Positions 29,543 through 38,888 of a stretch of DNA of 64,000 bases are shown here, one piece after another; the first letter of the stretch is position 1, and the number at the start of each line of letters is the position of its first letter. Under the pieces are notes generated by a model. That model made no database searches, was not told the origin of the DNA, and saw nothing but the letters and a program-made list of their open reading frames with translations. Source of the stretch: Gemmatimonadota bacterium (GTDB lineage Bacteria; Latescibacterota; UBA2968; UBA8231); assembly GCA_038153405.1 (NCBI GenBank), contig JAYOYH010000005.1, forward strand, positions 32,001 through 96,000, given 5' to 3'. The position numbers and the translations under genes are program-made.

Positions 29543-31051
29543 TTACAAGTCGACAGGCCGATCGACCGCGCAGGCAGCCGTTAGGTAGGGATCTTCACCG
29601 CGCGGCCAGCACATAGCGTAGCGGCGCGTGCGACCGCGCTTGTAGCCGGCGTTGTAATAGGTGCTGGTCGCCAGCCACTCCAACAATCGGCGCAGCATAT
29701 CCCCCTGGCACTGGGCGTGTGAGTCGCGATCCCACAGATTGTCTTGCTCGTTGGGATCGGTTTCCAAATCGTAGAGTTCGCCTTGTTCCTGACCGATATA
29801 ATAGACCATCTTGTAGCGCTCTTCGCGCATCATAATCTCGTAATTGTCCTCGCAGAATACGCGCGCGCGCGGGGCAAAGGCATCGCCCTTGCCGGCCAAG
29901 TAGGGAGTTAGCGAGCGCCCCTCCATATAGCTGGGCACGTCCACGCCCGCCGCCTCGAGCAGCGTCGGGCCCAGATCCATCAGCGAGACGAGGTCGCGCG
30001 TCTGCTGTCCACTCAAATCGGGCCGACGGCTGTCGCGCACAATAAGCGGAATATTGGTCACCTGCTCATACATCAGCCACTTATAAGCCAGGGCGTGATC
30101 GCCGAGTAATTCTCCGTGGTCCGAGCAAAAAACCAGCAGGCTGTTGTCCAAATAGCCTTTTTGCGCGAGGGCGTCGAGCACCTTGCCGACCTGTTCGTCG
30201 ACGGTCGTCACCTTGGCGTAGTAGTGCCGGCGCATGCGCTCAATGGCTGCGGTAGATGCAGCGTAGAGGTCGATACCCGACTCGTGGAAGGCCAACGCAT
30301 CGCGCAGGCGCTTTCTATGCGCTTGGTGCTGCGGCGGCTTGCTCATCAACTCGCCTTCATCGCCTATCGGCAGGGGCATCTGGCGCCCGGCGTAGAGATC
30401 GAGGTGGCGCTGCAGCGGGTCCCACGGCTCGTGCGGACCGGTAAAACCCACCTGCAGGAAGAGCGGCCCGTCACCGCGGTGTGCGCCGATCCAACTGGCG
30501 GCCATATCGCCGATATAGACATCGCTGTGCAAGCGCTCTTCCAGCTCCCAAACCGCCCCCTGCAGCTTCTGCCGCCAAGCGGGATCCTTCAGATGGCGGT
30601 CGTAGGGCCGCTCGGCGCCGTTAAGCGTCAAAAAGCGCCCCCAATCGTCGTCATCGCGACCGCTGGCCAGAGAGCCATTGTTGGGATTTTCAACGACGAC
30701 GCGCTCGTGAAAGCCGCCCGCCGCCCGCACCGGGCCGAAGTGCATCTTGCCTATATTGACGCACCAATACCCCGCTTCGGCTAAATCTTCAACCCAGTTG
30801 CGGTGGTGCGCCCACTCGTCAAAGGCGTAGACGCCGGTGTTGTGCGGATACATGCCAGTAAATATGGCCGCACGCGACGCCATGCAGGTGGCACCGGGAC
30901 AGTACGCATTGCGAAAAGACAGCCCCTCTGCCGCGAGGCGATCCATATGCGGCGTCGTCATGTGCTGATATCCCCAGGCGCCAATGGTATCGACGCGCTG
31001 CTGATCGGTCATGATCAAAACGATGTGGGGGCGTTCGTTGCGCATGTCCAT
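29543..31051 (-). CDS. Sulfatase (formylglycine-dependent family)
   Basis: IMTDQQR, CMASRAAIFTG, GKMH, PHEP, SDHG, ELYDLETDPNE. Confidence 0.93.
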   Translation of the reverse strand: MDMRNERPHIVLIMTDQQRVDTIGAWGYQHMTTPHMDRLAAEGLSFRNAYCPGATCMASRAAIFTGMYPHNTGVYAFDEWAHHRNWVEDLAEAGYWCVNIGKMHFGPVRAAGGFHERVVVENPNNGSLASGRDDDDWGRFLTLNGAERPYDRHLKDPAWRQKLQGAVWELEERLHSDVYIGDMAASWIGAHRGDGPLFLQVGFTGPHEPWDPLQRHLDLYAGRQMPLPIGDEGELMSKPPQHQAHRKRLRDALAFHESGIDLYAASTAAIERMRRHYYAKVTTVDEQVGKVLDALAQKGYLDNSLLVFCSDHGELLGDHALAYKWLMYEQVTNIPLIVRDSRRPDLSGQQTRDLVSLMDLGPTLLEAAGVDVPSYMEGRSLTPYLAGKGDAFAPRARVFCEDNYEIMMREERYKMVYYIGQEQGELYDLETDPNEQDNLWDRDSHAQCQGDMLRRLLEWLATSTYYNAGYKRGRTRRYAMCWPRGEDPYLTAACAVDRPVDL

Positions 31052-31073
31052 GTCCTCTCTTTTTACCGCAATC

Positions 31074-31808
31074 TCAGCCGAGCAGATCGGCGCTGTCGAC
31101 GCTAGGACACCAGAACTTTTCGATAAATTCGACCACCAGTCGCGTGCCCTCTTCGTGACTGACGTAGGGCGGCATCGCCGGATTGTACATGGTGTCCGTC
31201 AGGTCGCGCACCAGTGCCACATCGACGCCCCAGCGCACCATTTGCTTGATGGCAAAGCTCCGGTGCAAAACGCACATATTGGTATGCACGCCCATGATGA
31301 GCAGGTGTTTGATGCCCCGATGCCGTAGAACACTATACACTTCGACGCCGCGATCGCTGACGATATCGCGCCCCTCGTCGATTTCAATGGCCGGGTGCTG
31401 GCGCGTCCAGGCCCTTTGGGGCACGTCGTCCGGCGTGTCGGAGCCGTCGTCCGACGCGTCGATCGGCAGCGCTGGATCGGGGCGATCGGCATCCGCGGGC
31501 GGCTCTAGCAGCGGCGCCTCTCCCACGCGCCGACGGGCAGTAGAATCCGCGTAAAAATCCATCGTATCGGACGGAGCGTGCACGATCTGCACGCCTTTGG
31601 CACGCGCAGCGGCCACGACCTGCTGCATGCGCGGCAGCAGCTCATCTAGACGCTCCACCGCCCCGCGGCACCAGTGTCCGTCCCACACATCGCACAGCAG
31701 CAGCGCCGTCTCCTCGGCCGGCCAGTCGCGCACGTCCTCGCGCATCGCCCAGATGGCGCGCTGGTTGGCATCCCGTTCTAACGCACGCCGGCGCAGGGTA
31801 AGCTCCAT
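31074..31808 (-). CDS. Isochorismatase/cysteine hydrolase family protein
   Basis: ALLLCDVW, GVHTNMCV, RDLTD. Confidence 0.85.
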   Translation of the reverse strand: MELTLRRRALERDANQRAIWAMREDVRDWPAEETALLLCDVWDGHWCRGAVERLDELLPRMQQVVAAARAKGVQIVHAPSDTMDFYADSTARRRVGEAPLLEPPADADRPDPALPIDASDDGSDTPDDVPQRAWTRQHPAIEIDEGRDIVSDRGVEVYSVLRHRGIKHLLIMGVHTNMCVLHRSFAIKQMVRWGVDVALVRDLTDTMYNPAMPPYVSHEEGTRLVVEFIEKFWCPSVDSADLLG

Positions 31809-31820
31809 TTTCCCCTCCCC

Positions 31821-32612
31821 CTAGTGCATGGCCGCGCGCACAATATCGCGCGCGCGCAGCAAGTCGTCGCGCGAGCGGTAGTACTCGAGCACGAAGTAGG
31901 GCACCGGCGCGTGCTGCTGCAGCGCCGCAATATAGGCCCCGTAGTCGAGCCTGCCCGAGCCTATCGGCCCGTAATCAGCCACTTCGCCGCTGTCGTTAAA
32001 AAGCGAATCCTTGCCGTGCGCAATGACGATATCGTCTGCCATTGCGCGCACTGCGCGCAGCAGCGGCGTGCGATCGGGCACGAAATTGGCCGCATCGATG
32101 CAGACCTTCAGGGCGGAAGAGCGAACGCGATCCTTCACGTGCAGAAATGTCTCGGCGCTGCCAATGCTGCCGGCACGGGTAATCTCAACGGCGATATATA
32201 CACCCAATGCTTCCGCCTGCGCGCACGCCTTTTTTAGCCCGCTGCACAAACCATCGAAGACGGCCCGGTCATCCACATCCGCCCCGCTGGGATAGCCGGA
32301 GGGATGCCAAACCAGAATCGGCCTTTCGTTGTCGCCAAAGCGTCCGGCCAGCGCAGCGGTCTTTTCAACGCAGCGCACCAACCGCCCTACGTCGTTATCC
32401 AATTCGCCCTGCGCACCAACCAAATCAACGTGCAGGGTCATCGCCGCAAGGGCGATATGCCCCTCCTGCAAAATGGCGTCGATCGCTTCGGGGGTAGGGT
32501 CGTCTTTTTCGCCATCGGGCCCGTGGCCCCAGAACATCTGCATGGCGGTAAAACCCAGTTCATTTAGCTCGGTCCGGGGGACAGTTTCGCCCGGCATTAG
32601 CGCAAGTTTCAT
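31821..32612 (-). CDS. Sugar phosphate isomerase/epimerase (xylose isomerase-like TIM barrel)
   Basis: AVE, DAAN, HGKD, G.G.LDY, VLE metal-binding pattern. Confidence 0.82.
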   Translation of the reverse strand: MKLALMPGETVPRTELNELGFTAMQMFWGHGPDGEKDDPTPEAIDAILQEGHIALAAMTLHVDLVGAQGELDNDVGRLVRCVEKTAALAGRFGDNERPILVWHPSGYPSGADVDDRAVFDGLCSGLKKACAQAEALGVYIAVEITRAGSIGSAETFLHVKDRVRSSALKVCIDAANFVPDRTPLLRAVRAMADDIVIAHGKDSLFNDSGEVADYGPIGSGRLDYGAYIAALQQHAPVPYFVLEYYRSRDDLLRARDIVRAAMH

Positions 32613-32626
32613 GTATATTCCCTCTG

Positions 32627-33781
32627 TTAAAACGTCCCGTCGACGTTCATTACTTGGCCACCGCCCTCTTTTGTTTTGGACTGGGCCACGCGCTGTTGCA
32701 ATTCCTCGTAAAAACGCTCTTCGTCAACGGGAATATCCACCCAATCATCCGTCCACGTCGACAGCATCATTGCGTTGGCCAACTCGACGCCGCGAATGCC
32801 CTCATCGCCGGAGGCCAGCAGCGGCGTGCCTTCTCGTATGGCCTGCACCCAATTTTTGGTAATGCCCTTATGCTCTTCACCGCCTCTGCGGAAGGGCACT
32901 TCGCACTGCCAGACCTCTGGACTACCAAAGCCGTTGGGCCACTCCTTTAGAAACTGGCTGCTCGGTACCCGCGTGCGCCAGAAGGTTATATTGCCTCCTT
33001 CTAAAACGACCTTGCCATTGTCGGCAGAAATTTCGAGGCGATTGGTGCCGGGTGCTTCGCCCGTCGATGTAATAAACACGCCCGTAGCTCCATGCTCGTA
33101 TTCCACATAGGCCGTCACGTCGTCTTCGACCTCAATATCGTGGTACTTGCCGAAGTGACAAAAGGCACGCACCCGCTTCGGCATACCGCAAATCCACTGC
33201 CACAGGTCCAAGTTATGTGGACATTGATTGGCGAGCACTCCGCCGCCCTCACCGGCCCAAGTGGCGCGCCACCCACCCGAGTCGTAGTAACTCTGGGCGC
33301 GAAACCAACTGTTGATGATGTAGATCGTGCGCTTGATCTGACCCAGTTCACCCGACTCGACGAGCTCTTTTAGCTTCTGGTGATCGCCGCGCGTGCGCTG
33401 GTTAAACATCACGCCAAAGACGCGATCGCTCCTAGCCGCTACCTCATTCATCTCGCGCACTTGCTTGGTATAGACGCCGGCGGGCTTCTCACTCATGGCG
33501 TGGTAGCCGCTCTCGAGGGCTTGAATGACCAGCGGCGGATGAAAGTAGTGCGGGGTGGCCACGACCACCGCGTCGACGCACTTGGATGCAAAGAGCGCAT
33601 CGGCTGAGTCAAAGGCTTGCACCCCTTCGCCGTATTTTGCCTGCACATGCTGCAGGCGAGACGAATCCACATCGCAAACAGCCGCCAGCTTCGCTCCGGG
33701 AATCTCACCGCGCGACAAGTAGCCAGCGTGGTTACTTCCCATACCCCCCAAACCAATAATGCCTACGCGCACTGTATCCAT
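32627..33781 (-). CDS. Gfo/Idh/MocA family oxidoreductase
   Basis: GIIGLGGMG, ATPHYFH, EKP, GGGVLANQCPHNLD. Confidence 0.93.
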   Translation of the reverse strand: MDTVRVGIIGLGGMGSNHAGYLSRGEIPGAKLAAVCDVDSSRLQHVQAKYGEGVQAFDSADALFASKCVDAVVVATPHYFHPPLVIQALESGYHAMSEKPAGVYTKQVREMNEVAARSDRVFGVMFNQRTRGDHQKLKELVESGELGQIKRTIYIINSWFRAQSYYDSGGWRATWAGEGGGVLANQCPHNLDLWQWICGMPKRVRAFCHFGKYHDIEVEDDVTAYVEYEHGATGVFITSTGEAPGTNRLEISADNGKVVLEGGNITFWRTRVPSSQFLKEWPNGFGSPEVWQCEVPFRRGGEEHKGITKNWVQAIREGTPLLASGDEGIRGVELANAMMLSTWTDDWVDIPVDEERFYEELQQRVAQSKTKEGGGQVMNVDGTF

Positions 33782-33883
33782 GTACGTCCTTTCTATTTGG
33801 CGTTTTCACTTTTACGCGCGCTCACGCACGGCCTGCGCACCGCAGCAATTGGGCACATCGCATTTCCCATAGGGTACAACTTC

Positions 33884-35626
33884 TCACGAAGTCGGCTGCA
33901 AGTTGAGCAATACTAACAGCCACGTCCGGCTCCAATAGGCGCTGTTTATGTAGGGGTTTTCCTGCGTTGGCCAGTTCGTCCAATAGGTCTCGTTGTGCGG
34001 AATGCGGTGCGGCCACTGCACGAGGGGAATCGACGGCAACTCGCGCAGCCATATATCAATGGCCTGGCGATACAGCTCAGCCATTTCGGGTGCATTGGTG
34101 GGCGTCTGCCCCATTTGATCGACGAGGCGACTATACTCGTCATCTTCCCAGCGCCACGGCATATCGGTCGGCTGATCCGTCGGTTGGACAAAGCGTTGGT
34201 GATACTGGCGCAAAACAAAGTAGGGATCGCGCACCGAGCTAAAGTTGCCGAATAAATAGGCGCGCGCCGTGCCCATGCGCAGACGCGTGTTAAAATCGGA
34301 CGTCATGCGGAAAGAGGCGTCGATGCCGGCGCGCTTGAGCTGCGCCACCAGCACGGGTGTAAAATCCTGAAAGTGCGAAAAAATATCGACCACCATGCTC
34401 AGGGTCCGTCCATTCTTTTCCCAGAACTCGCCCGTGCGCACGTAGCCCTTGGCGCGCAGAATGGCCGCGCTGCGCTCGAGGTCGAACACGCCTATCTCGT
34501 ATTTCTCAATCAGGTCTTCGGCCAACTCAAAGTAGGGGCGCATTTGCGGCAGGTCGGGCAGCGGCAGGTGCGACCACGCTCCCGAGTTCTGCCAGCCGAT
34601 TTCGACGAGTTGGTCGCGATCGATGGCAAAGTTGATAGCTCGGCGCATTTCCGGATCTGACCACGGCTCCTCTAGCGCATTAAATCCAAGCGAAATGGGC
34701 CACCAAGTAATGTAGCTATAGGGCGGCTGACGACCGGTCCACGTCGTAATATTGGGATTGGCATCCAATAGCGATACAATATTGGCAGGGCGCAATTCCA
34801 GGCAGGTATCCAGCGCGTTGGTAATTAGGTTCTGCACGCGCTTAGTCTCTTCCATATACGTCAGATAGATAAGCCGCTCTACTTTAGGCAACTCCTGAAA
34901 GCCGATCTTTTTGGCCCACCAATCCTCGCGCAAATCCCAGATGCGCTGGGCCGGCTCCGACAGCGCCATGTAGTAGGGACCCGTCAGCACCGGCCAACCC
35001 TTTTGCGGATCGTAGTTGGAAAACGTCAGCGGGTCCTGGGCCTCCCAGATGTGTTTGGGCACGATGGGTACCCCCTGATCGCCGCTGTGGACAAAGTAGC
35101 TAAACAAAAAGCGCGGATTGGGTGCCTTTAATAGGACGCGCGCCGTCAAATCATCCAGCGCAACGGCATCTTTAACCCACGTTTCCATATCCGTCGAGTG
35201 CACTAGCTGCGGTGCGTATGTGCGCAGCATATTGATGGTGAATACAAAATCGTGCGCCGTCCATGGATGGCCATCGCTCCACTCGACTCCCGGACGAATG
35301 CGCACCGTCAACTCGGTGAAATCGTCGTTAAACGCATGGCTTTCGGCAATCCACGGCAGGAGATCAGAATCGGTTTGGTAGGCGTTAAAAAAGTAGAGCG
35401 GCTCGTAGAGGAAATTATAGCCAATACGCGAGATGCTACCGGGTATAAATGGGTTAAAGCTGTTGTAGTCCTGAATCTGGCCGGCACAGGTGTTCCCTTC
35501 AGCACAGTCCATAATCAGGGTGCGATTGCGCGGCACCTTCTTGAGCGACTGCGCGCCGGAATCTTCGGATGACTGACCGGTGCAGGCGGCCAGGGCCAGT
35601 CCAACGACAATAAATAGGCGATACAT
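33884..35626 (-). CDS. ABC transporter substrate-binding lipoprotein, family 5 (peptide/oligosaccharide)
   Basis: Lipobox LAAC, YEPLY, WSDGHPWTAHDFVFT, TGPY, RRAINFAIDR; GGAG RBS before ATG 35626. Confidence 0.92.
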   Translation of the reverse strand: MYRLFIVVGLALAACTGQSSEDSGAQSLKKVPRNRTLIMDCAEGNTCAGQIQDYNSFNPFIPGSISRIGYNFLYEPLYFFNAYQTDSDLLPWIAESHAFNDDFTELTVRIRPGVEWSDGHPWTAHDFVFTINMLRTYAPQLVHSTDMETWVKDAVALDDLTARVLLKAPNPRFLFSYFVHSGDQGVPIVPKHIWEAQDPLTFSNYDPQKGWPVLTGPYYMALSEPAQRIWDLREDWWAKKIGFQELPKVERLIYLTYMEETKRVQNLITNALDTCLELRPANIVSLLDANPNITTWTGRQPPYSYITWWPISLGFNALEEPWSDPEMRRAINFAIDRDQLVEIGWQNSGAWSHLPLPDLPQMRPYFELAEDLIEKYEIGVFDLERSAAILRAKGYVRTGEFWEKNGRTLSMVVDIFSHFQDFTPVLVAQLKRAGIDASFRMTSDFNTRLRMGTARAYLFGNFSSVRDPYFVLRQYHQRFVQPTDQPTDMPWRWEDDEYSRLVDQMGQTPTNAPEMAELYRQAIDIWLRELPSIPLVQWPHRIPHNETYWTNWPTQENPYINSAYWSRTWLLVLLNLQPTS

Positions 35627-35929
35627 GATATTTCTCCGTGCGTGGGAATCGGCATTCCTGCAGGCGTTGCAAACCAACTCGGCACATCCACCAGCAGGTA
35701 TGCCGAGTCTTGCACGCAATGCGGCTGGCTATCTGTTACCTGCGTGCCGATGGCAACTTCGCCCGTCAGAAGCGGCATATGTCCGCTAGACTGAGCAGAC
35801 ATATGACTAATACATTTGACCCTTATTTGTCAACGCGCAGTCGGCGCAGTCATTGTCTATTGATGCAGTCGGCAAAAGCCCTAAGTTAACCCCTTGGCGT
35901 TCGACATCTCACAGCCATAGCTAGGCCTT

Positions 35930-37846
35930 ATGTCGCTTCAACACTCTTCGCGTGTGGGCACGCTTGTCTCTTTCTTGCTGGTCATGGTCTTTTCGATCTT
36001 TATGACCTTTACCAGCGTGCGCACCTATGTGCTCTATGGCTCATACACCGGCCTAACCGACCACTTCAATACCATCGGCGTCATCTTCTTGATATTCTGG
36101 ACAACGCTGTGCTCGCTGGCCCTGCGCTTCCTGCGTTCCACCCTCGCTCTCTCGCCGGCCAATTTTGCCCTTATCTACGCCGGCCTGATGGTCGCCACCG
36201 TGCTGCCATCGATGGGCTTTGGCGGCTACTTTATTCCCCTTATCGCTGGCGTTTTCTACTACGCCACGCCGGAAAACAACTGGTCCGATATCCTCTGGCC
36301 GCACATACCATCATGGGCTGCACCGCGCGATGCAGAGGCCATTCGCCAACTCTTCGAAGGAACGGCGGAGGGCGCGGCCATTCCCTGGGCCCTGTGGTGG
36401 GAACCCATGCTGTGGTGGGGGCTCTTTATGCTGGCTTTTTTCCTCGTCAGCTTCGCCCTCATCGCGCTGGTGCACAACCAGTGGTCTCAGCGCGAGCGCC
36501 TCGCCTACCCACTTGCGGCCGTCCCCAACCTACTATTGGACAGCGTCGAAAATCCGCGCACTTCCATATTGCGCAGCAAGCTGCTATGGCTGGGCTTCCT
36601 CTTTGCCTGGCATTTTCCCACGATCAATGCGCTTGATCAGATCTTTGACTTTGAGCTCATCGGCCACATGGGCATTCCCAGCGGAAGCATTGAAGTGCGC
36701 CAGTTTGGTCTATCGTACCAGCTCAACACAGACCTGCTCGTGGTTGGCCTGAGCTATCTGGTCAATCTCAACGTGCTGGCTAGCGTCTGGATTTTCCACC
36801 TGCTGATCGGCGCCGAAGCCAGCCTACTCGACTACCTAGGCATCAGCGCGCCGCTGCCGGCCCAACCCCACGCCCCAGCCAATGTACTGCTGGCCCACCA
36901 GCAGATCGGCTCTCTGCTGTGCATGGTTGCTATATCGCTGTGGCTAGGGCGCGATTTTCTGCGCGAACAGTGGCATATCATCGTCGGCAAGCGCAGCGAC
37001 GACCGCAATCTCGTTTCGCCGCGCCTGGCCGTCGCGCTCGGCTTGGTTGGCTTGGTCTATATGACCGGCTTTCTCAACGCCAGCGGCTTGGCCCTAGGCT
37101 GGAGCGTTGTCTTTCTCGGCGTGTCATTGATGGTATTCTTTGGCATTGCCCGCCTGCTGGCGCAGACCGGCATTGGACGCCTGCGCGCGCCCACTTCAAC
37201 ACCGCCCATCATAACGAATATCGCCGGCTCAGAGGCCATCGGCGCCCAGGGCATTAGCGCGCTGGGGCTCAGCATGGTCTGGACGGCCGACCTCCAGCTC
37301 TTTCTGATGGGGACCCTGGCGCACGCCTTTAAGGTCTGCGAGCCAGCGCGCCTGCGCATCAGCGGACGCAAGCTACTGTTCTTTCTCGGCGCAGCCATGG
37401 CTGTAGGATTAGTTACGACGATCTGCTCGTATATCTATTTAGGCTATCGACACGGCCTCGTGCACGGCTACGTATGGTACTTCGTCATGTCGCCGCAGTA
37501 CCACTGGTCTTGGGTTGCCAATACCATCAATAACCCCAATCCATCCGAGCCGCTGGCCGCGCTATTCATGTTGCTGGGCGCGGCGTGGGCGGGCCTGCTT
37601 TCGCTGGCTTCCTACCGCTGGGTGAGCTGGCCCCTGCACCCGATCGGCCTAGCCGTGGCATTGACCAATACCGTTAGCATCGACTGGTTTGGTATGTTTA
37701 TCACCTGGCTGATCAAGCTGCTTATCTTGCGCTACGGTGGCATCGTCCTCTACCGGCGCATGCTGCCCCTCTTTATCGGACTGATCTTGGGCACCAGCGT
37801 CGGCGTCGGCGGCGCCTCCCTGCTCTACGCATTCTACTACTACTAG
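35930..37846 (+). CDS. Polytopic membrane protein, DUF6785/DUF6784-like (putative transporter)
   Basis: YYATPENNW, QW...ERLAYPL, WPLHPIG, LRYGG..LYRR..PLFIGLILG. Confidence 0.75.
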   Translation: MSLQHSSRVGTLVSFLLVMVFSIFMTFTSVRTYVLYGSYTGLTDHFNTIGVIFLIFWTTLCSLALRFLRSTLALSPANFALIYAGLMVATVLPSMGFGGYFIPLIAGVFYYATPENNWSDILWPHIPSWAAPRDAEAIRQLFEGTAEGAAIPWALWWEPMLWWGLFMLAFFLVSFALIALVHNQWSQRERLAYPLAAVPNLLLDSVENPRTSILRSKLLWLGFLFAWHFPTINALDQIFDFELIGHMGIPSGSIEVRQFGLSYQLNTDLLVVGLSYLVNLNVLASVWIFHLLIGAEASLLDYLGISAPLPAQPHAPANVLLAHQQIGSLLCMVAISLWLGRDFLREQWHIIVGKRSDDRNLVSPRLAVALGLVGLVYMTGFLNASGLALGWSVVFLGVSLMVFFGIARLLAQTGIGRLRAPTSTPPIITNIAGSEAIGAQGISALGLSMVWTADLQLFLMGTLAHAFKVCEPARLRISGRKLLFFLGAAMAVGLVTTICSYIYLGYRHGLVHGYVWYFVMSPQYHWSWVANTINNPNPSEPLAALFMLLGAAWAGLLSLASYRWVSWPLHPIGLAVALTNTVSIDWFGMFITWLIKLLILRYGGIVLYRRMLPLFIGLILGTSVGVGGASLLYAFYYY

Positions 37847-38877
37847 CCGCTAGGCGTCGGCGTTTCTGGCTCGATCAGGCCCTCGACCCTGAGTTCCGCC
37901 CAAAAATCGCTGGGGATCGGGTGTTCGATAAGCCGCACGTTATCGCGGATCTCCTCGGCCGAGCGCGCCCCGGGTATGGTCGTGGCAACCGCCTCGTGCC
38001 CGAAGGGAAACTGCAGCGCCGCCGCCCTCAGCGGAACCTGATGGCGCGCACAAACAGCTTCGATCTGCCGCACGCGCGCGCGCACCGCTTCGCTAGCCGG
38101 TGCATAATTATACATCGCCCCGTCGACATCGCCGGTGGCGAGAATACCCGAGTTATAGGGACCGCCAATAACGATGCGAATATCTTTTTGCAGGCACAGC
38201 GGCAGCAGTTCGCGCAGCGACTCCTGCTCGAGTAGCGTGTAGCGCCCGGCCAGCAAAAAGCAGTCAAAATCACCGGCGCGCGCAAAATCGGCCAGCATTT
38301 GCCACTGGTTCATGCCCAGGCCAATCGCCCCGATCACGCCCGCTGCGCGCAGTTCACACAGCGCCGGATAGGCGCCCTCCATCACTTCGTCAAAATGGCC
38401 GCGATCGCCGGGCTGCCAGCCGGGATCATTGCTGCGCGATTCGTCGGGATCGTGAATCAGCACGATGTCCAGCCGGTCTGTTTGCAGGCGCTGTAGACTG
38501 CCTTCAATAGAGCGCAGCGCGGCGTCGCGCGAGTAGTCGAACACGCTGGCCAGCGGCGGAATATCAACAAAGGGGGTATGGTCTTCCTGCCCTGCGGGCC
38601 GCGGCACCAGCATATACCCCACCTTGGAAGAGAGAATCATTTCTTCGCGCGGCACGCGCTGCAAGCCCTGCCCCAAGCGCGTCTCGCTCATACCGTAGCC
38701 ATAGAGCGGTGCCGTATCGCAGTAGCGAATGCCTTCGGCATAGGCTGCCGCTACAATTTCTTCCGCTGCGGTCTCGTCCAGACGGGCGTACATATTGCCA
38801 AATGCGGTGCCGCCCAGTCCAAGGCGCGTCACTTCCAGTCCCTGCACACCCACGCGCTGGCGATCGCTTGCCCTCAT
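37843..38877 (-). CDS. Aldo/keto reductase (D-threo-aldose dehydrogenase-like)
   Basis: DTAPLYG, SSKVG, FDYSRD, IHDPD, LLAGRYTLL, AALQFP. Confidence 0.92.
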   Translation of the reverse strand: MRASDRQRVGVQGLEVTRLGLGGTAFGNMYARLDETAAEEIVAAAYAEGIRYCDTAPLYGYGMSETRLGQGLQRVPREEMILSSKVGYMLVPRPAGQEDHTPFVDIPPLASVFDYSRDAALRSIEGSLQRLQTDRLDIVLIHDPDESRSNDPGWQPGDRGHFDEVMEGAYPALCELRAAGVIGAIGLGMNQWQMLADFARAGDFDCFLLAGRYTLLEQESLRELLPLCLQKDIRIVIGGPYNSGILATGDVDGAMYNYAPASEAVRARVRQIEAVCARHQVPLRAAALQFPFGHEAVATTIPGARSAEEIRDNVRLIEHPIPSDFWAELRVEGLIEPETPTPSG

Positions 38878-38888
38878 CGCTCACTCCT

